From the NCBI GenBank assembly GCA_964016885.1, contig OZ024745.1:76942001-77006000 (forward strand): 64,000 nucleotides of DNA, read 5' to 3'. The notes under the pieces were generated by a model. It had not been told where the DNA came from and did not search any database. It saw only the letters and a program-made list of their open reading frames with translations. The stretch is from Eledone cirrhosa. Lineage: Eukaryota. How positions within the stretch are numbered: position 1 is the stretch's first letter; each line of letters starts with the position of its first letter. Below are positions 37,001 to 49,900 of the stretch, one piece after another. Position numbers and translations under genes: made by a program.

Positions 37001-40000
37001 GTAGTGGTCCCTAGGTAGTGTTCTCTTGGTAGTGGTCTCTTGGTTGTGGCCTCTTGGTAGTCGTCTCTTGGTAGTGGTCTCTTGGTAGTAGTCTCTTGGT
37101 AGTGGTCTCTTGCTAGTGGTTTCTTGGTAGTTGTCTCTTGGTAGTGGTCTCTTGGTAATCGTGTCTTGGTAGTGGTCACTTGGTAGTGGTCTCTTGGTAA
37201 TCGTGTCTTGGTAGTGGTCTCTTGATAGTGGTCTCTTGGTAGTGGTCTCTTGGTAGTGGTCTGTTGGTAGTGGTCTCTTGGTAGTGGTCTCTTGGGAGTT
37301 TTCTCTTTGTAGTGCTCTCTTGGTAGTGGTCTCTTGGTAGTGTTCCCTTGGTAGTGGTCTCTTGGTAGTGGTCTCCTGGTAGTGGTCTCTTGGGAGTGGT
37401 CTGTTGGTAGTAGTCTCTTGGTAGTGGTCCCATGGTAGTGTTCTCTTGGTAGTCATCTCTTGGTAGTGTTCTCTTGGTAGTGGTATCTTGGTAGTGGTCT
37501 CTTGGTAGTGTTCTCTTGGTAGTGGTCCCTTGGTAGTGTTCTCTTGGTAGTCATATCTTGGTAGTGTTCTCTTGGTAGTGGTCTCTTGATAGTGGTCTAT
37601 TGGGAGTGGTCTCTTGATTGTGGTCTCCTGGTTGCGGTTTCTTGGTAGTGGTCTCTTGGTAGTGTCTCTTGGTAGTGGTCTCTTCGTAGTGGTCTCTCGG
37701 TATTGGTGTCTTGGTAGTGGTCTCTTGGTAGTCTTCTCTTGGTAGTGTTCTCTTGGTAGTGGTCTCTTCGTAGTGTTCTCTTGGTAGTGTTCTCTTGGTA
37801 GTGTTCTCTTCGCAGTGCTCTCTTGGTAGTGGTCTCTTGGTAGTGGTCTGTTGGTAGTGGTCTCTAGGTAGTGGTCTCTTGGTAGTGGTCCCCTGGTAGT
37901 GGTCTCTTGGTAGTGGTCTCTTGGTAGTGGTCTCTTGATAGTGGTCTATTGGTAGTGGCCTCTTGGTAGTGGTCTCTTGGTAGTGTTCTCTTTGTAGTGG
38001 TATCTTGGTAGTGGTCTCATGGTAGTGTTCTCTTGGTAGTGCTCTCTTGGCAGTGGTCCCTTGGTAGTGTTCTCTTGGTAGTGGTCTCTTGGTAGTGGTC
38101 CCTTGCTATTGGTCTATTGGTAGTGGTCTACTGGTAGTGGTCTCTTAGTAATGGTCTTTTGGTAGTGGTCTCTTGGTAGTGGTCTCTTGGTTGTGGCCTC
38201 TTGGTAGTGGTCTCTTGGTAGTGGTCTATTGGTAGTGGTCTCTTGGTTGTGGTCTCTTGACAGTGGTCTCTTGGCAGTGGTCTCTTGGTAGTGGTCTCTT
38301 GGTAGTGGTCTCTTGGTAGTGGTCTCTTGGTAGTGGTCTCTTGCTAGTGGTCTATTGGTAGTGGTCTCTTGGTAGTGTTCTCTTGGTAGTGGTCCCTAGG
38401 TAGTGTTCTCTTGGTAGTGGTCTCTTGGTAGTGTTCTCTTGGTAGTGGTCTCTTGGTAGTGATCCCTTGGTAGTGGTCTCTTGGTGGTGGTCTCTTGGTA
38501 GTGGTCTCTTGGTGGTGGTCTCTTGGTAGTGGTCTCTTGGTAGTGATCTCTTGGTTGAGGCCTCTTGGTAGTCGTCTCTTGGTAGTGGTCTCTTGGTAGT
38601 GGTTTCTAGGTAGTGGTCTCTTGGTAGTGGTCTCTTGGTAATCGTGACTTGGTAGTGGTCTCTTGGTAGTGGTCTCTTGGTAATCGTGTCTTGGAAGTGG
38701 TCTCTTGATAGTGGTCTCTTGGTAGTGGTCTCTTGGTAGTGGTCTCTTGGTAGTGGTCTCTTGGTAGTGGTCTCTTGGGAGTGTTCTCTTTGTAGTGCTC
38801 TCTTGGTAGTGGTCTCTTGGTAGTGTTCCCTTGGTAGTGGTCTCTTGGTAGTGGTCTCCTGGTAGTGGTCTCTTGGGAGTGGTCTGTTGGTAGTGTTCTC
38901 TTGGTAGTGTTGTCTTGGTAGTAGTCTCTTGGTAGTGGTCCCTTGGTAGTGGTCTTTTGGTAGTGGTCTCGTGGTAGTGGTCTCTTGGTAGTGGTCTTTT
39001 GGAAGTGGTCTCTTGGTAGTGGTCTCTTCGTTGTGGCCTCTTGGTAGTGGTCTCTTGGTAGTGGTCTCTTGGTAGTGGTCTCTTGGTAGTGGTCTCTTGG
39101 TAGTGGTTTCTTGGTAGTGGTCTCTTGGTAGTGGTCTCTTGGTAATGGTGTCTTGGTAGTGGCTTCTTGATAGTGCTCTCTTGGTAGTGGTCTCTTGGTA
39201 GTGGTCTGTTGGTAGTTGTCTCTTGGTAGTGTTCTCTTGGTAGTGGTATCTTGGTAGTGGTCTATTGGTAGTAGTCTCTTGGTAGTGTTCTCTTGGTAGT
39301 GGTCCCTTGGTAGTGGTCTCTTGGTAGTGGTCTACTGGTAGTGGTCTCTTAGTAGTGGTCTCTTGGTAGTGGTCTCTTGGTAGTGGTCTCTTGGTAGTAG
39401 TTTCTTGGTAGTGGTCTCTTGGTAGTGGTCTATTGGTAGTGGTCTGTTGGTAGTGGTCTCTTGGTAGTGGTGTCTTGGTAGTGGTCTCTTGGTAGTGGTC
39501 TCTTGGTAGTGGTGTCTTGGTAGTGGTCTCTTGGTAGTGGTCTCTTGGTAGTGGTCTATTGGTAGTGGTCTGTTGGTAGTGGTCTGTTGGTAATGGTGTC
39601 TTGGTAGTGGTCTCTTGGTAGTGGTCTTTTGGTAGTGGTCTCTTGGTAGTGGTCTCTTGGTAGTGGTCTCTTGGTAGTGGTCTTTTGGTAGTGTTCTCTT
39701 GGTAGTGTTCTCTTGGTAGTGGTCTCTTGGTAGTGGTCCCTATGTAGTGGTCGCTTGGTAGTCGTGTCTTGGTAGTGGTCTCTTGGTAGTGGTCTTTTGG
39801 TAGTGGTCTCTTGGTAGTGGTCTCTCGGTAGTGGCTTCTTGATAGTGCTCTCTTGGTAGTGGTCTCTTGGTAGTGGTCCCTTGGTAGTGGTCGCTGGATA
39901 GTGGTCTATTGGTAGTGGTGTCTTGGTAGTGTTCTCTTGGTAGTGTTCTCTTGGTAGTGTTCTCTTGGTAGTGTTCTCTTTGTAGTGGTCTCTTGCTAGT

Positions 40001-42238
40001 GTTCTCTTGGTAGTGGTCTCTTGGTAGTGGTCTCTTGGTAGTGGTCTCTTGGTAGTGGTCTCTTGGTAGTGTTCACTTGGTAGTCATCTCTTGATAGTGT
40101 TCTCTTGGTAGTGGTATCTTGGTAGTGGTCTCTTGGTAGTGTTCTCTTGGTAGTGGTCCCTTGGTAGTGTTCTCTTGGTAGTGCTATCTTGGTAGTGTTC
40201 TCTTGGTAGTGGTCTCTTGATAGTAGTCTATTGGGAGTGGTCTCTTGATTGTGGTCTCCTGGTTGCGGGTTCTTGGTAGTGGTCTCTTGGTAGTGGTCTC
40301 TTGGTAGTGGTCTCTTCGTAGTGGTCTCTCGATATTTGTGTCTTGGTAGTGGTCTCTTGGTAGTCTTCTCTTGGTAGTGTTCTCTTGGTAGTGGTCTCTT
40401 CGCAGTGCTCTCTTTGTAGTGGTCTCTTGGTAGTGGTCTGTTGGTAGTGGTCTGTTGGTAGTGGTCTATTGGTAGTGGTCTCTAGGTAGTGGTCTCTTGG
40501 TAGTGGTCCCTTGGTAGTGGTCTCTTGGTAGTGGTCTCTTGGTAGTGGTCTCTTGATAGTGGTCTATTGGTAGTGGCCTCTTGGTAGTGGTCTCTTGGTA
40601 GTGTTCTCTTTGTAGTGGTATCTAGGTAGTGGTCTCATGGTAGTGTTCTCTTGGTAGTGCTCTCTTGGCAGTGGTCCCTTGGTAGTGTTCTCTTGGTAGT
40701 GGTCTCTTGGTAGTGGTCCCTTGGTATTGGTCTCTTGGTAGTGGTCTACTGGTAGTGGTCTCTTAGTAGTGGTCTTTTGGTAGTGGTTTCTTGGTAGTGG
40801 TCTCTTGGTTGTGGCCTCTTGGTAGTGGTCTCTTGGTAGTGGTCTCTTGACAGTGGTCTCTTGGTAGTGGTCTCTTGGTAGTGGTCTCTTGGTAGTGGTC
40901 TCTTGGTAGTGGTCTCTTGTTAGTGGTCTCTTGCTGGTGGTCTATTTGTAGTGGTCTCTTGGTAGTGTTGTCTTGGTAGTGGTCCCTAGGTAGTGTTCTC
41001 TTGGTAGTGGTCTCTTGGTTGTGGCCTCTTGGTAGTCGTCTCTTGGTAGTGGTCTCTTGGTAGTAGTCTCTTGGTAGTGGTCTCTTGCTAGTGGTTTCTT
41101 GGTAGTGGTCTCTTGGTAGTGGTCTCTTGGTAATCGTGTCTTGGTAGTGGTCACTTGGTAGTGGTCTCTTGGTAATCGTGTCTTGGTAGTGGTCTCTTGA
41201 TAGTGGTCTCTTGGTAGTGGTCTCTTGGTAGTGGTCTGTTGGTAGTGGTCTCTTGGTAGTGGTCTCTTGGGAGTTTTCTCTTTGTAGTGCTCTCTTGGTA
41301 GTGGTCTCTTGGTAGTGTTCCCTTGGTAGTGGTCTCTTGGTAGTGGTCTCCTGGTAGTGGTCTCTTGGGAGTGGTCTGTTGGTAGTAGTCTCTTGGTAGT
41401 GGTCTCTTGGTAGTAGTCTCTTGGTAGTGGTCTCTTGGTAGTGGTCTTTTGGTAGTGGTCTCGTGGTAGTGGTCTCTTGGTAGTGGTCTTTTGGAAGTGG
41501 TCTCTTGGTAGTGGTCTCTTCGTTGTGGCCTCTTGGTAGTGGTCTCTTGGTAGTGGTCTCTTGGTAGTGGTCTCTTGGTAGTGGTCTCTTGGTAGTGGTT
41601 TCTTGGTAGTGGTCTCTTGATAGTGGTCTCTTGGTAGTGGTCTCTTGGTAGTGGTCTGTTGGTAGTTGTCTCTTGGTAGTGTTCTCTTGGTTGTGGTATC
41701 TTGGTAGTGGTCTATTGGTAGTGGTCTCTTGGTAGTGTGCTCTTGGTAGTGGTCTCTTGGTAGTGGTCTCTTGGTAGTGGTCCCTTGGTAGTGTTCTCTT
41801 GGTAGTGGTCTCTGGGTAGTGGTTCCTTGGTAGTGGTCCCTTGGTAGTTGTCTCTTGGTAGTGGTCTACTGGTAGTGGTCTCTTAGTAGTGGTCTCTTGG
41901 TAGTGGTCTCTTGGTAGTGGTCTCTTGGTAGTAGTTTCTTGGTAGTGGTCTCTTGGTAGTGGTCTCTTGGTAATGGTGTCTTGGTAGTGGTCTCTTGATA
42001 GTGGTCTCTTGGTAGTGGTCTATTGTTAGTGGTCTGTTGGTAGTGGCCTCTTGGTAGTGGTGTCTTGGTAGTGGTCTCTTGGTAGTGGTCTTTTGGTAGT
42101 GGTCTCTTGGTAGTGGTCTCTTGGTAGTGGTATCTTGGGAGTGGTCTCTTGGTAGTGTTCTCTTGGTAAGGGTCTCTTGGTAGTGGTCTCTTGGTAGTGG
42201 TCGCTTGGTAGTGGTCTCTTGGTAGTGGTCTCTTGGTA
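31077..42238 (+). repeat. 11.3-kb higher-order tandem duplication, copy 2 (with a 98-bp, 7-monomer deletion near 40835)
   Basis: Same variant order as 19740-31000. The offset drops from 11337 to 11239 after about 40835 (ORF 29703 vs 40942; GACAG 29610 vs 40849). Similarity ends near 42238. Confidence 0.92.
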
Positions 42239-45200
42239 ATGGTGTCTTGGTAGTGGCTTCTTGATAGTGCTCTCTTGGTAGTGGTCTCTTGGTAGTGGTC
42301 TGTTGGTAGTTGTCTCTTGGTAGTGTTCTCTTGGTAGTGGTATCTTGGTAGTGGTCTATTGGTAGTGGTCTCTTGGTAGTGTGCTCTTGGTAGTGGTCTC
42401 TTGGTAGTGGTCTCTTGGCAGTGTTCTCTTGGTAGTGGTCCCTTGGTAGTGGTCTCTTGGTAGTGGTCCCTTGGTAGTGTTCTCTTGGTAGTGGTCTCTG
42501 GGTAGTGGTTCCTTGGTAGTGGTCCCTTGGTAGTGGTCTCTTGGTAGTGGTCTACTGGTAGTGGTCTCTTAGTAGTGGTCTCTTGGTAGTGGTCTCTTGG
42601 TAGTGGTCTCTTGGTAGTAGTTTCTTGGTAGTGGTCTCTTGGTAGTGGTCTCTTGGTAATGGTGTCTTGGTAGTGGTCTCTTGATAGTGGTCTCTTGGTA
42701 GTGGTCTATTGTTAGTGGTCTGTTGGTAGTGGTCTCTTGGTAGTGGTGTCTTGGTAGTGGTCTCTTGGTAGTGGTCTTTTGGTAGTGGTCTCTTGGTAGT
42801 GGTCTCTTGGTAGTGGTCTCTTGGGAGTGGTCTCTTGGTAGTGTTCTCTTGGTAAGGGTCTCTTGGTAGTGGTCTCTTGGTAGTGGTCGCTTGGTAGTGG
42901 TCTCTTGGTAGTAGTTTCTTGGTAGTGGTCTCTTGGTAGTGGTCTCTTGGTAGTGTTCTCTTGGTAGTGTTCTCTTGGTAGTGGTCTCTTGGTAGTGGTC
43001 TCTTGGTAGTTGTGTCTTGGTAGTGGTCTCTTGGTAGTGGTCTTTTGGTAGTGGTCTCTTGGTAGTGGTCTCTTGGTAGTGGCTTCTTGATAGTGCTCTC
43101 TTGGTAGTGGTCTCTTGGTAGTGGTCCCTTGGTAGTGGTCGCTGGATAGTGGTCTATTGGTAGTGGTGTCTTGGTAGTGTTCTCTTGGTAGTGTTCTCTT
43201 GGTAGTGTTCTCTTGGTAGTGTTCTCTTTGTAGTGGTCTCTTGCTAGTGTTCTCTTGGTAGTGGTCTCTTGGTAGTGGTCTCTTGGTAGTGGTCTCTTGG
43301 TAGTGGTCTCTTGGTAGTCTTCTCTTGGTAGTGGTCTCTTGGTAGTGGTCTATTGGTAGTGGTCTCTGGGTAGTGTTCTCTTGGTAGTGGTCCCTTTGTA
43401 GTGTTCTCTTGTTACTGGTCTCTTGGTAGTGTTCTCTTGGTAGTGGTCTCTTTGTAGTGGTCTCTTGGTTGTGTTCTCTTGGTAGTGGTCTCTTGGTAGC
43501 GATCTTTTGGTAGTGGTCTCTTGGTAGTTGTCTCTTGGTAGTGTTCTCTTGGTAGTGGTCTCATGGTAGTCGTCTCTTGGTAGTGGTCTCTTGGTAGTGG
43601 TCTATTGGTAGTGGTCTATTGGTAGTGGTCTCTTGGTAGTGGTCTCTTGGTAGTGGTCTATTGGTAACCATCTTTTGGTAGTGGTCTCTTGGTAGTGGTC
43701 TCTTGGTAGTGTTCTCTTGGTAATGGTTTCTTGGTTGTGTTCTGTTGGTAGTGGTCTCTTGGTAGTGGTCCTTTGGTAGTGGTCTCTTGGTAGTGGTCTC
43801 TTGGTAGTGGTCTCTTGGTAGTTGTCTATTGGTAGTGGTCTTTTGGTAGTGGTCTCTTGGTAGTGGTCTCTTGGTAGTGTTCTCTTGGTAGTGGTCTCTT
43901 GTTAGTGGTCTCTTAATAGGGGTCTCTTGGTAGTGTTCTCTTGGTAGTGGTCTCTTGGTAGTGGTCTATTGGTAGTGATCTCTTGGTTGTGGTCTCTTGA
44001 CAGTGGTCTCTTTGTAGTGGTCTCTTGGTAGTGGTCTCTTGGTAGTGGTCTCTTGGTAGTGGTCTCTTGCTGGTGGTCTATTGGTAGTGGTCTCTTGGTA
44101 GTGTTCTCTTGGTAGTGGTCCCTAGGTAGTGTTCTCTTGGTAGTGGTCTCTTGGTAGTGTTCTCTTCGTAGTGGTCTCTTGGTAGTGGTCCCTTGGTAGT
44201 GGTCTCTTGGTGGTGGTCTCTTGGTAGTGGTCTCTTGGTGGTGGTCTCTTAGTAGTGGTCTCTTGGTAGTGGTCTCTTGGTAGTGGTCTCTTGGTTGTGG
44301 CCTCTTGGTAGTCGTCTCTTGGTAGTGGTCTCTTGGTAGTGGTCTCTTGGTAGTGGTCTCTTGGTAGTGGTTTCTTGGTAGTCGTCTCTTGGTAGTGGTC
44401 TCTTGGTAATCGTGTCTTGGTAGTGGTCTCTTGGTAGTGGTCTCTTGGTAATCGTGTCTTGGTAGTGGTCTCTTGATAGTGGTCTCTTGGTAGTGGTCTC
44501 TTGGTAGTGGTCTGTTGGTAGTGGTCTCTTGGTAGTGTTCTCTTCGTAGTGGTCTCTTGGTAGTGGTCCCTTGGTATTGGTCTCTTGGTAGTGGTCTACT
44601 GGTAGTGGTCTCTTAGTAGTGGTCTTTTGGTAGTGGTCTCTTGGTAGTGGCTATTGGTTGTGGCCTCTTGGTAGTGGTCTCTTGGTAGATGTCTGTTGGT
44701 AGTGGTCTCTTGGTAGTGGTCTCTGGGTAGTGGTTTCTTGGTAGTGGTCTCTTGGTAGTGGTCTATTGGTAGTGGTCTCTTGGTTGTGGTCTCTTGACAG
44801 TGGTCTCTTGGTAGTGGTCTCTTGGTAGTGGTCTCTTGGTAGTGGTCTCTTGGTAGTGGTCTCTTGGTAGTGGTCTCTTGCTGGTGGTCTATTTGTAGTG
44901 GTCTCTTGGTAGTGTTCTCTTGGTAGTGGTCTCTTGGTAGTGGTCTCTTGGTTGTGGCCTCTTGGTAGTCGTCTCTTGGTAGTGGTCTCTTGGTAGTAGT
45001 CTCTTGGTAGTGGTCTCTTGCTAGTGGTTTCTTGGTAGTGGTCTCTTGGTAGTGGTCTCTTGGTAATCGTGTCTTGGTAGTGGTCTCTTGGTAGTGGTCT
45101 CTTGGTAATCGTGTCTTGCTAGTGGTCTCTTGATAGTGGTCTCTTGGTAGTGGTCTCTTGGTAGTGGTCTGTTGGTAGTGGTCTGTTGGTAGTGGTCTCT

Positions 45201-46904
45201 TGGGAGTGTTCTCTTTGTAGTGCTCTCTTGGTAGTGGTCTCTTGGTAGTGTTCCCTTGGTAGTGGTCTCTTGGTAGTGGTCTCCTGGTAGTGGTCTCTTG
45301 GGAGTGGTCTGTTGGTAGTGTTCTCTTGGTAGTGTTGTCTTGGTAGTAGTCTCTTGGTAGTGGTCCCTTTGTAGTGATCTTTTGCTAGTGGTCTCGTGGT
45401 AGTGGTCTCTTGTTAGTGGTCTTTTGGAAGTGGTCTCTTGGTAGTGGTCTCTTCGTTGTGGCCTCTTGGTAGTGGTCTCTTGGTAGTGGTCTCTTGGTAG
45501 TGGTCTCTTGGTAGTGGTCTCTTGGTAGTGGTCTGTTGGTAGTTGTCTCTTGGTAGTGTTCTCTTGGTAGTGGTATCTTGGTAGTGGTCTCTTCGTTGTG
45601 GCCTCTTGGTAGTGGTCTCTTGGTAGTGGTCTCTTGGTAGTGGTCTCTTGGTAGTGGTCTCTTGGTAGTGGTCTGTTGGTAGTTGTCTCTTGGTAGTGTT
45701 CTCTTGGTAGTGGTATCTTGGTAGTGGTCTCTTGGTAGTGTTATCTTGGTAGTGGTCCCTTGGTAGTGGTCTCTTGGTAGTGGTCCCTTGGTAGTGTTCT
45801 CTTGGTAGTGGTCTCTGGGTAGTGGTCCCTTGGTAGTGGTCTCTTGGTAGTGGTCTACTGGTAGTGGTCTCTTAGTAGTGGTCTCTTGGTAGTGGTCTCT
45901 TGGTAGTGGTCTCTTGGTAGTAGTTTCTTGGTAGTGGTCTCTTGGTAGTGGTCTCTTGGTAATGTGTCTTGGTAGTGGTCTCTTGATAGTGGTCTCTTGG
46001 TAGTGGTCTCTTTGTAGTGGTCTATTGGTAGTGTTCTCTTGGTAGTGGTCTCTTGGGAGTGGTCTTTTGGTAGTGGTCTCTTGGTAGTGGTCTCTTGGGA
46101 GTGGTCTCTTGGTAGTGTTCTCTTGGTAAGGGTCTCTTGGTAGTGGTCCCTTGGTAGTGCTCGCTTGGTAGTGGTCTCTTGGTAGTAGTTTCTTGGTAGT
46201 GGTCTCTTGGTAGTGGTCTCTTGGTAGTGTTCTCTTGGTATTGTTCTCTTGGTAGTGGTCTCTTGGTAGTGGTCCCTTGGTAGTGGTCGCTTGGTAGTCG
46301 TGTCTTGGTAGTGGTCTCTTGGTAGTGGTCTTTTGGTAGTGGTCTCTTGGTAGTGGTCTCTTGGTAGTGGCTTCTTGATAGTGCTCTCTTGGTAGTGGTC
46401 TCTTGGTAGTGGTCCCTTGGTAGTGGTCGCTGGATAGTGGTCTCTTGGTAGTGGTCTCTTGGTAGTGGCCTCTTGTTAGTGGTCTCTTGGTAGCGGTCTC
46501 TTGGTAGTGGTCTCTCGGTTGTAGTCTCTTGGTAGTGGTCTCTTTGTAGTGATCTCTTGGTAGTGGTCTCTTGGTAGTGGTCCCATGGTAGTGGTCGCGG
46601 GATAGTGGTCTATTGGTAGTGGTGTCTTGGTAGTGTTTTCTTGGTAGTGTTCTCTTGGTAATGTTCTCTTGGTAGTGTTCTCTTGGTAATGTTCTCTTGG
46701 AAGTGGTCTCTTGGTAGTGGTCTCTTGGTAGTGTTCTCTTGGTAGTGGTCCCTTGGTAGTGTTCTCTTGGTAGTGCTATCTTGGTAGTGTTCTCTTGGTA
46801 GTGGTCTCTTGATAGTGGTTTTTTGGGAGTGGTCTCTTGATTGTGGTCTCCTGGTTGCGGTTTCTTGGTAGTTGTCTCTTGGTAGTGTTCTCTTGGTAGT
46901 GTTC

Positions 46905-49900
46905 TCTTGGTAGTGTTCTCTTGGTAGTGTTCTCTTGGTAGTGGTCTCTTGGTAGTGGTCCCTTGGTAGTGGTCTCTTGGTGGTGGTCTCTTGGTAGTGG
47001 TCTCTTGGTGGTGGTCTCTTGGTAGTGGTCTCTTGGTAGTGGTCTCTTGGTTGTGGCCTCTTGGTAGTGGTCTCTTGGTAGTGGTCTCTTGGTAGTGGTC
47101 TCTTGGTAGTGGTCTCTTGGTAGTGGTTTCTTGGTAGTCGTCTCTTGGTAGTGGTCTCTTAGTAATCGTGTCTTGGTAGTGGTCTCTTGGTAGTGGTCTC
47201 TTGGTAATCGTGTCTTGGTAGTGGTCTCTTGATAGTGGTCTCTTGGTAGTGGTCTCTTGGTAGTGGTCTGTTGGTAGTGGTCTCTTGGTAGTGTTCTCTT
47301 CGTAGTGGTCTCTTGGTAGTGGTCCCTTGGTATTGGTCTCTTGGTAGTGGTCTACTGGTAGTGGTCTCTTAGTAGTGGTCTTTTGGTAGTGGTCTCTTGG
47401 TAGTGGTCTCTTGGTTGTGGCCTCTTGGTAGTGGTCTCTTGGTAGATGTCTGTTGGTAGTGGTCTCTTGGTAGTGGTCTCTGGGTAGTGGTTTCTTGGTA
47501 GTGGTCTCTTGGTAGTGGTCTATTGGTAGTGGTCTCTTGATTGTGGTCTCTTGACAGTGGTCTCTTGGTAGTGGTCTCTTGGTAGTGGTCTCTTGGTAGT
47601 GGTCTCTTGCTGGTGGTCTATTTGTATTGGTCTCTTGGTAGTGTTCTCTTGGTAGTGGTCTCTTGGTAGTGGTCTCTTGGTTGTGGCCTCTTGGTAGTGG
47701 TCTCTTGGTAGTGGTCTCTTGGTAGTAGTCTCTTGGTAGTGGTCTCTTGCTAGTGGTTTCTTGGTAGTGGTCTCTTGGTAGTGGTCTCTTGGTAATCGTG
47801 TCTTGGTAGTGGTCTGTTGGTAGTGGTCTCTTGGTAATCGTGTCTTGGTAGTGGTCTCTTGATAGTGGTCTCTTGGTAGTGGTCTCTTGGTAGTGGTCTG
47901 TTGGTAGTGGTCTGTTGGTAGTGGTCTCTTGGGAGTGTTCTCTTTGTAGTGCTCTCTTGGTAGTGGTCTCTTGGTAGTGTTCCCTTGGTAGTGGTCTCTT
48001 GGTAGTGGTCTCCTGGTAGTGGTCTCTTGGGAGTGGTCTGTTGGTAGTGTTCTCTTGGTAGTGTTGTCTTGGTAGTAGTCTCTTGGTAGTGGTCCCTTTG
48101 TAGTGGTCTTTTGGTAGTGGTCTCGTGGTAGTGGTCTCTTGGTAGTGGTCTTTTGGAAGTGGTCTCTTGGTAGTGGTCTCTTCGTTGTGGCCTCTTGGTA
48201 GTGGTCTCTTGGTAGTGGTCTCTTGGTAATGGTCTCTTGGTAGTGGTCTCTTGGTAGTGGTTTCTTGGTATTGGTCTCTTGGTAGTGGTCTCTTGGTAAT
48301 GGTGTCTTGGTAGTGTCTTCTTGATAGTGCTCTCTTGGTAGTGGTCTCTTGGTAGTGGTCTGTTGGTAGTTGTCTCTTGGTAGTGTTCTCTTGGTAGTGG
48401 TATCTTGGTAGTGGTCTATTGGTAGTGGTCTCTTGGTAGTGTTATCTTGGTAGTGGTCCCTTGGTAGTGGTCTCTTGGTAGTGGTCCCTTGGTAGTGTTC
48501 TCTTGGTAGTTGTCTCTGGGTAGTGGTCCCTTGGTAGTGGTCTCTTGGTAGTGGTCTACTGGTAGTGGTCTCTTAGTAGTGGTCTCTTGGTAGTGGTCTC
48601 TTGGTAGTGGTCTCTTGGTAGTAGTTTCTTGGTAGTGGTCTCTTGGTAGTGGTCTCTTGGTAATGTGTCTTGGTAGTGGTCTCTTCGTTGTGGCCTCTTG
48701 GTAGTGGTCTGTTGGTAGTGGTCTACTGGTAGTGGTCTCTTAGTAGTGGTCTCTTGGTAGTAGTTTCTTGGTAGTGGTATCTTGGTAGTGGTCTCTTGAT
48801 AGTGGTCTCTTGGTAGTGGTCTCTTGGTAGTGGTCTTTTGGAAGTGGTCTCTTGGTAGTGGTCTCTTCGTTGTGGCCTCTTGGTAGTGGTCTCTTGGTAG
48901 TGGTCTACTGGTAGTGGTCTCTTGGTAGTGGTCTCTTGGTAGTAGTTTCTTGGTAGTGGTATCTTGGTAGTGGTCACTTGATAGTGGTCTCTTGGTAGTG
49001 GTCTCTTTGTAATGGTCTATTGGTAGTGGTCTGTTGGTAGTGGTCTCTTGGTAGTGGTGTCTTGGTAGTGGTCTCTTGGTAGTGGTCTTTTGGTAGTGGT
49101 CTCTTGGTAGTGGTGTCTTGGTAGTGGTCTCTTGGGAGTGGTCTCTTGGTAGTCTTCTCTTGGTAAGGGTCTCTTGGTAGTGGTCTCTTGGTAGTGGTCG
49201 CTTGGTAGTGGTCTCTTGGTAGAAGTTTCTTGGTAGTGGTCTCTTGGTAGTGGTCTATTGGTAGTGTTCTCTTGGTATTGTTCTCTTGGTAGTGGTCTCT
49301 TGGTAGTGGTCCCTTGGTAGTGGTCGCTTGGTAGTCGTGTCTTGGTAGTGGTCTCTTGGTAGTGGTCTTTTGGTAGTGGTCTCTTGGTAGTGGTCTCTTG
49401 GTAGTGGCTTCTTGATAGTGCTCTCTTGGTAGTGGTCTCTTGGTAGTGGTCCCTTGGTAGTGGTCTCTTGGTAGTGGTCTCTTGGTAGTGGTCCCATGGT
49501 AGTGGTCGCTGGATAGTGGTCTATTGGTAGTGGTGTCTTGGTAGTGTTTTCTTGGTAGTGTTCTCTTGGTAATGTTCTCTTGGTAGTGTTCTCTTGGTAG
49601 TGGTCTCTTGGTAGTGTACTCTTGGTAGTCATCTCTTGGTAGTGTTCTCTTGGTAGTGGTATCTTGGTAGTGGTCTCTTGGTAGTGTTCTCTTGCTAGTG
49701 GTCCCTTGGTAGTGTTCTCTTGGTAGTGCTATCTTGGTAGTGTTCTCTTGGTAGTGGTCTGTTGGTAGTGGTTTCTAGGTAGTGGTCTCTTGGTAGTGGT
49801 CCCTTGGTAGTGGTCACTTGGTAGTGGTCTCTTGGTAGTGGTCTCTTGATAGTGGTCTATTGGTAGTGGCCTCTTGGTAGTGGTCTCTTGGTAGTGTTCT

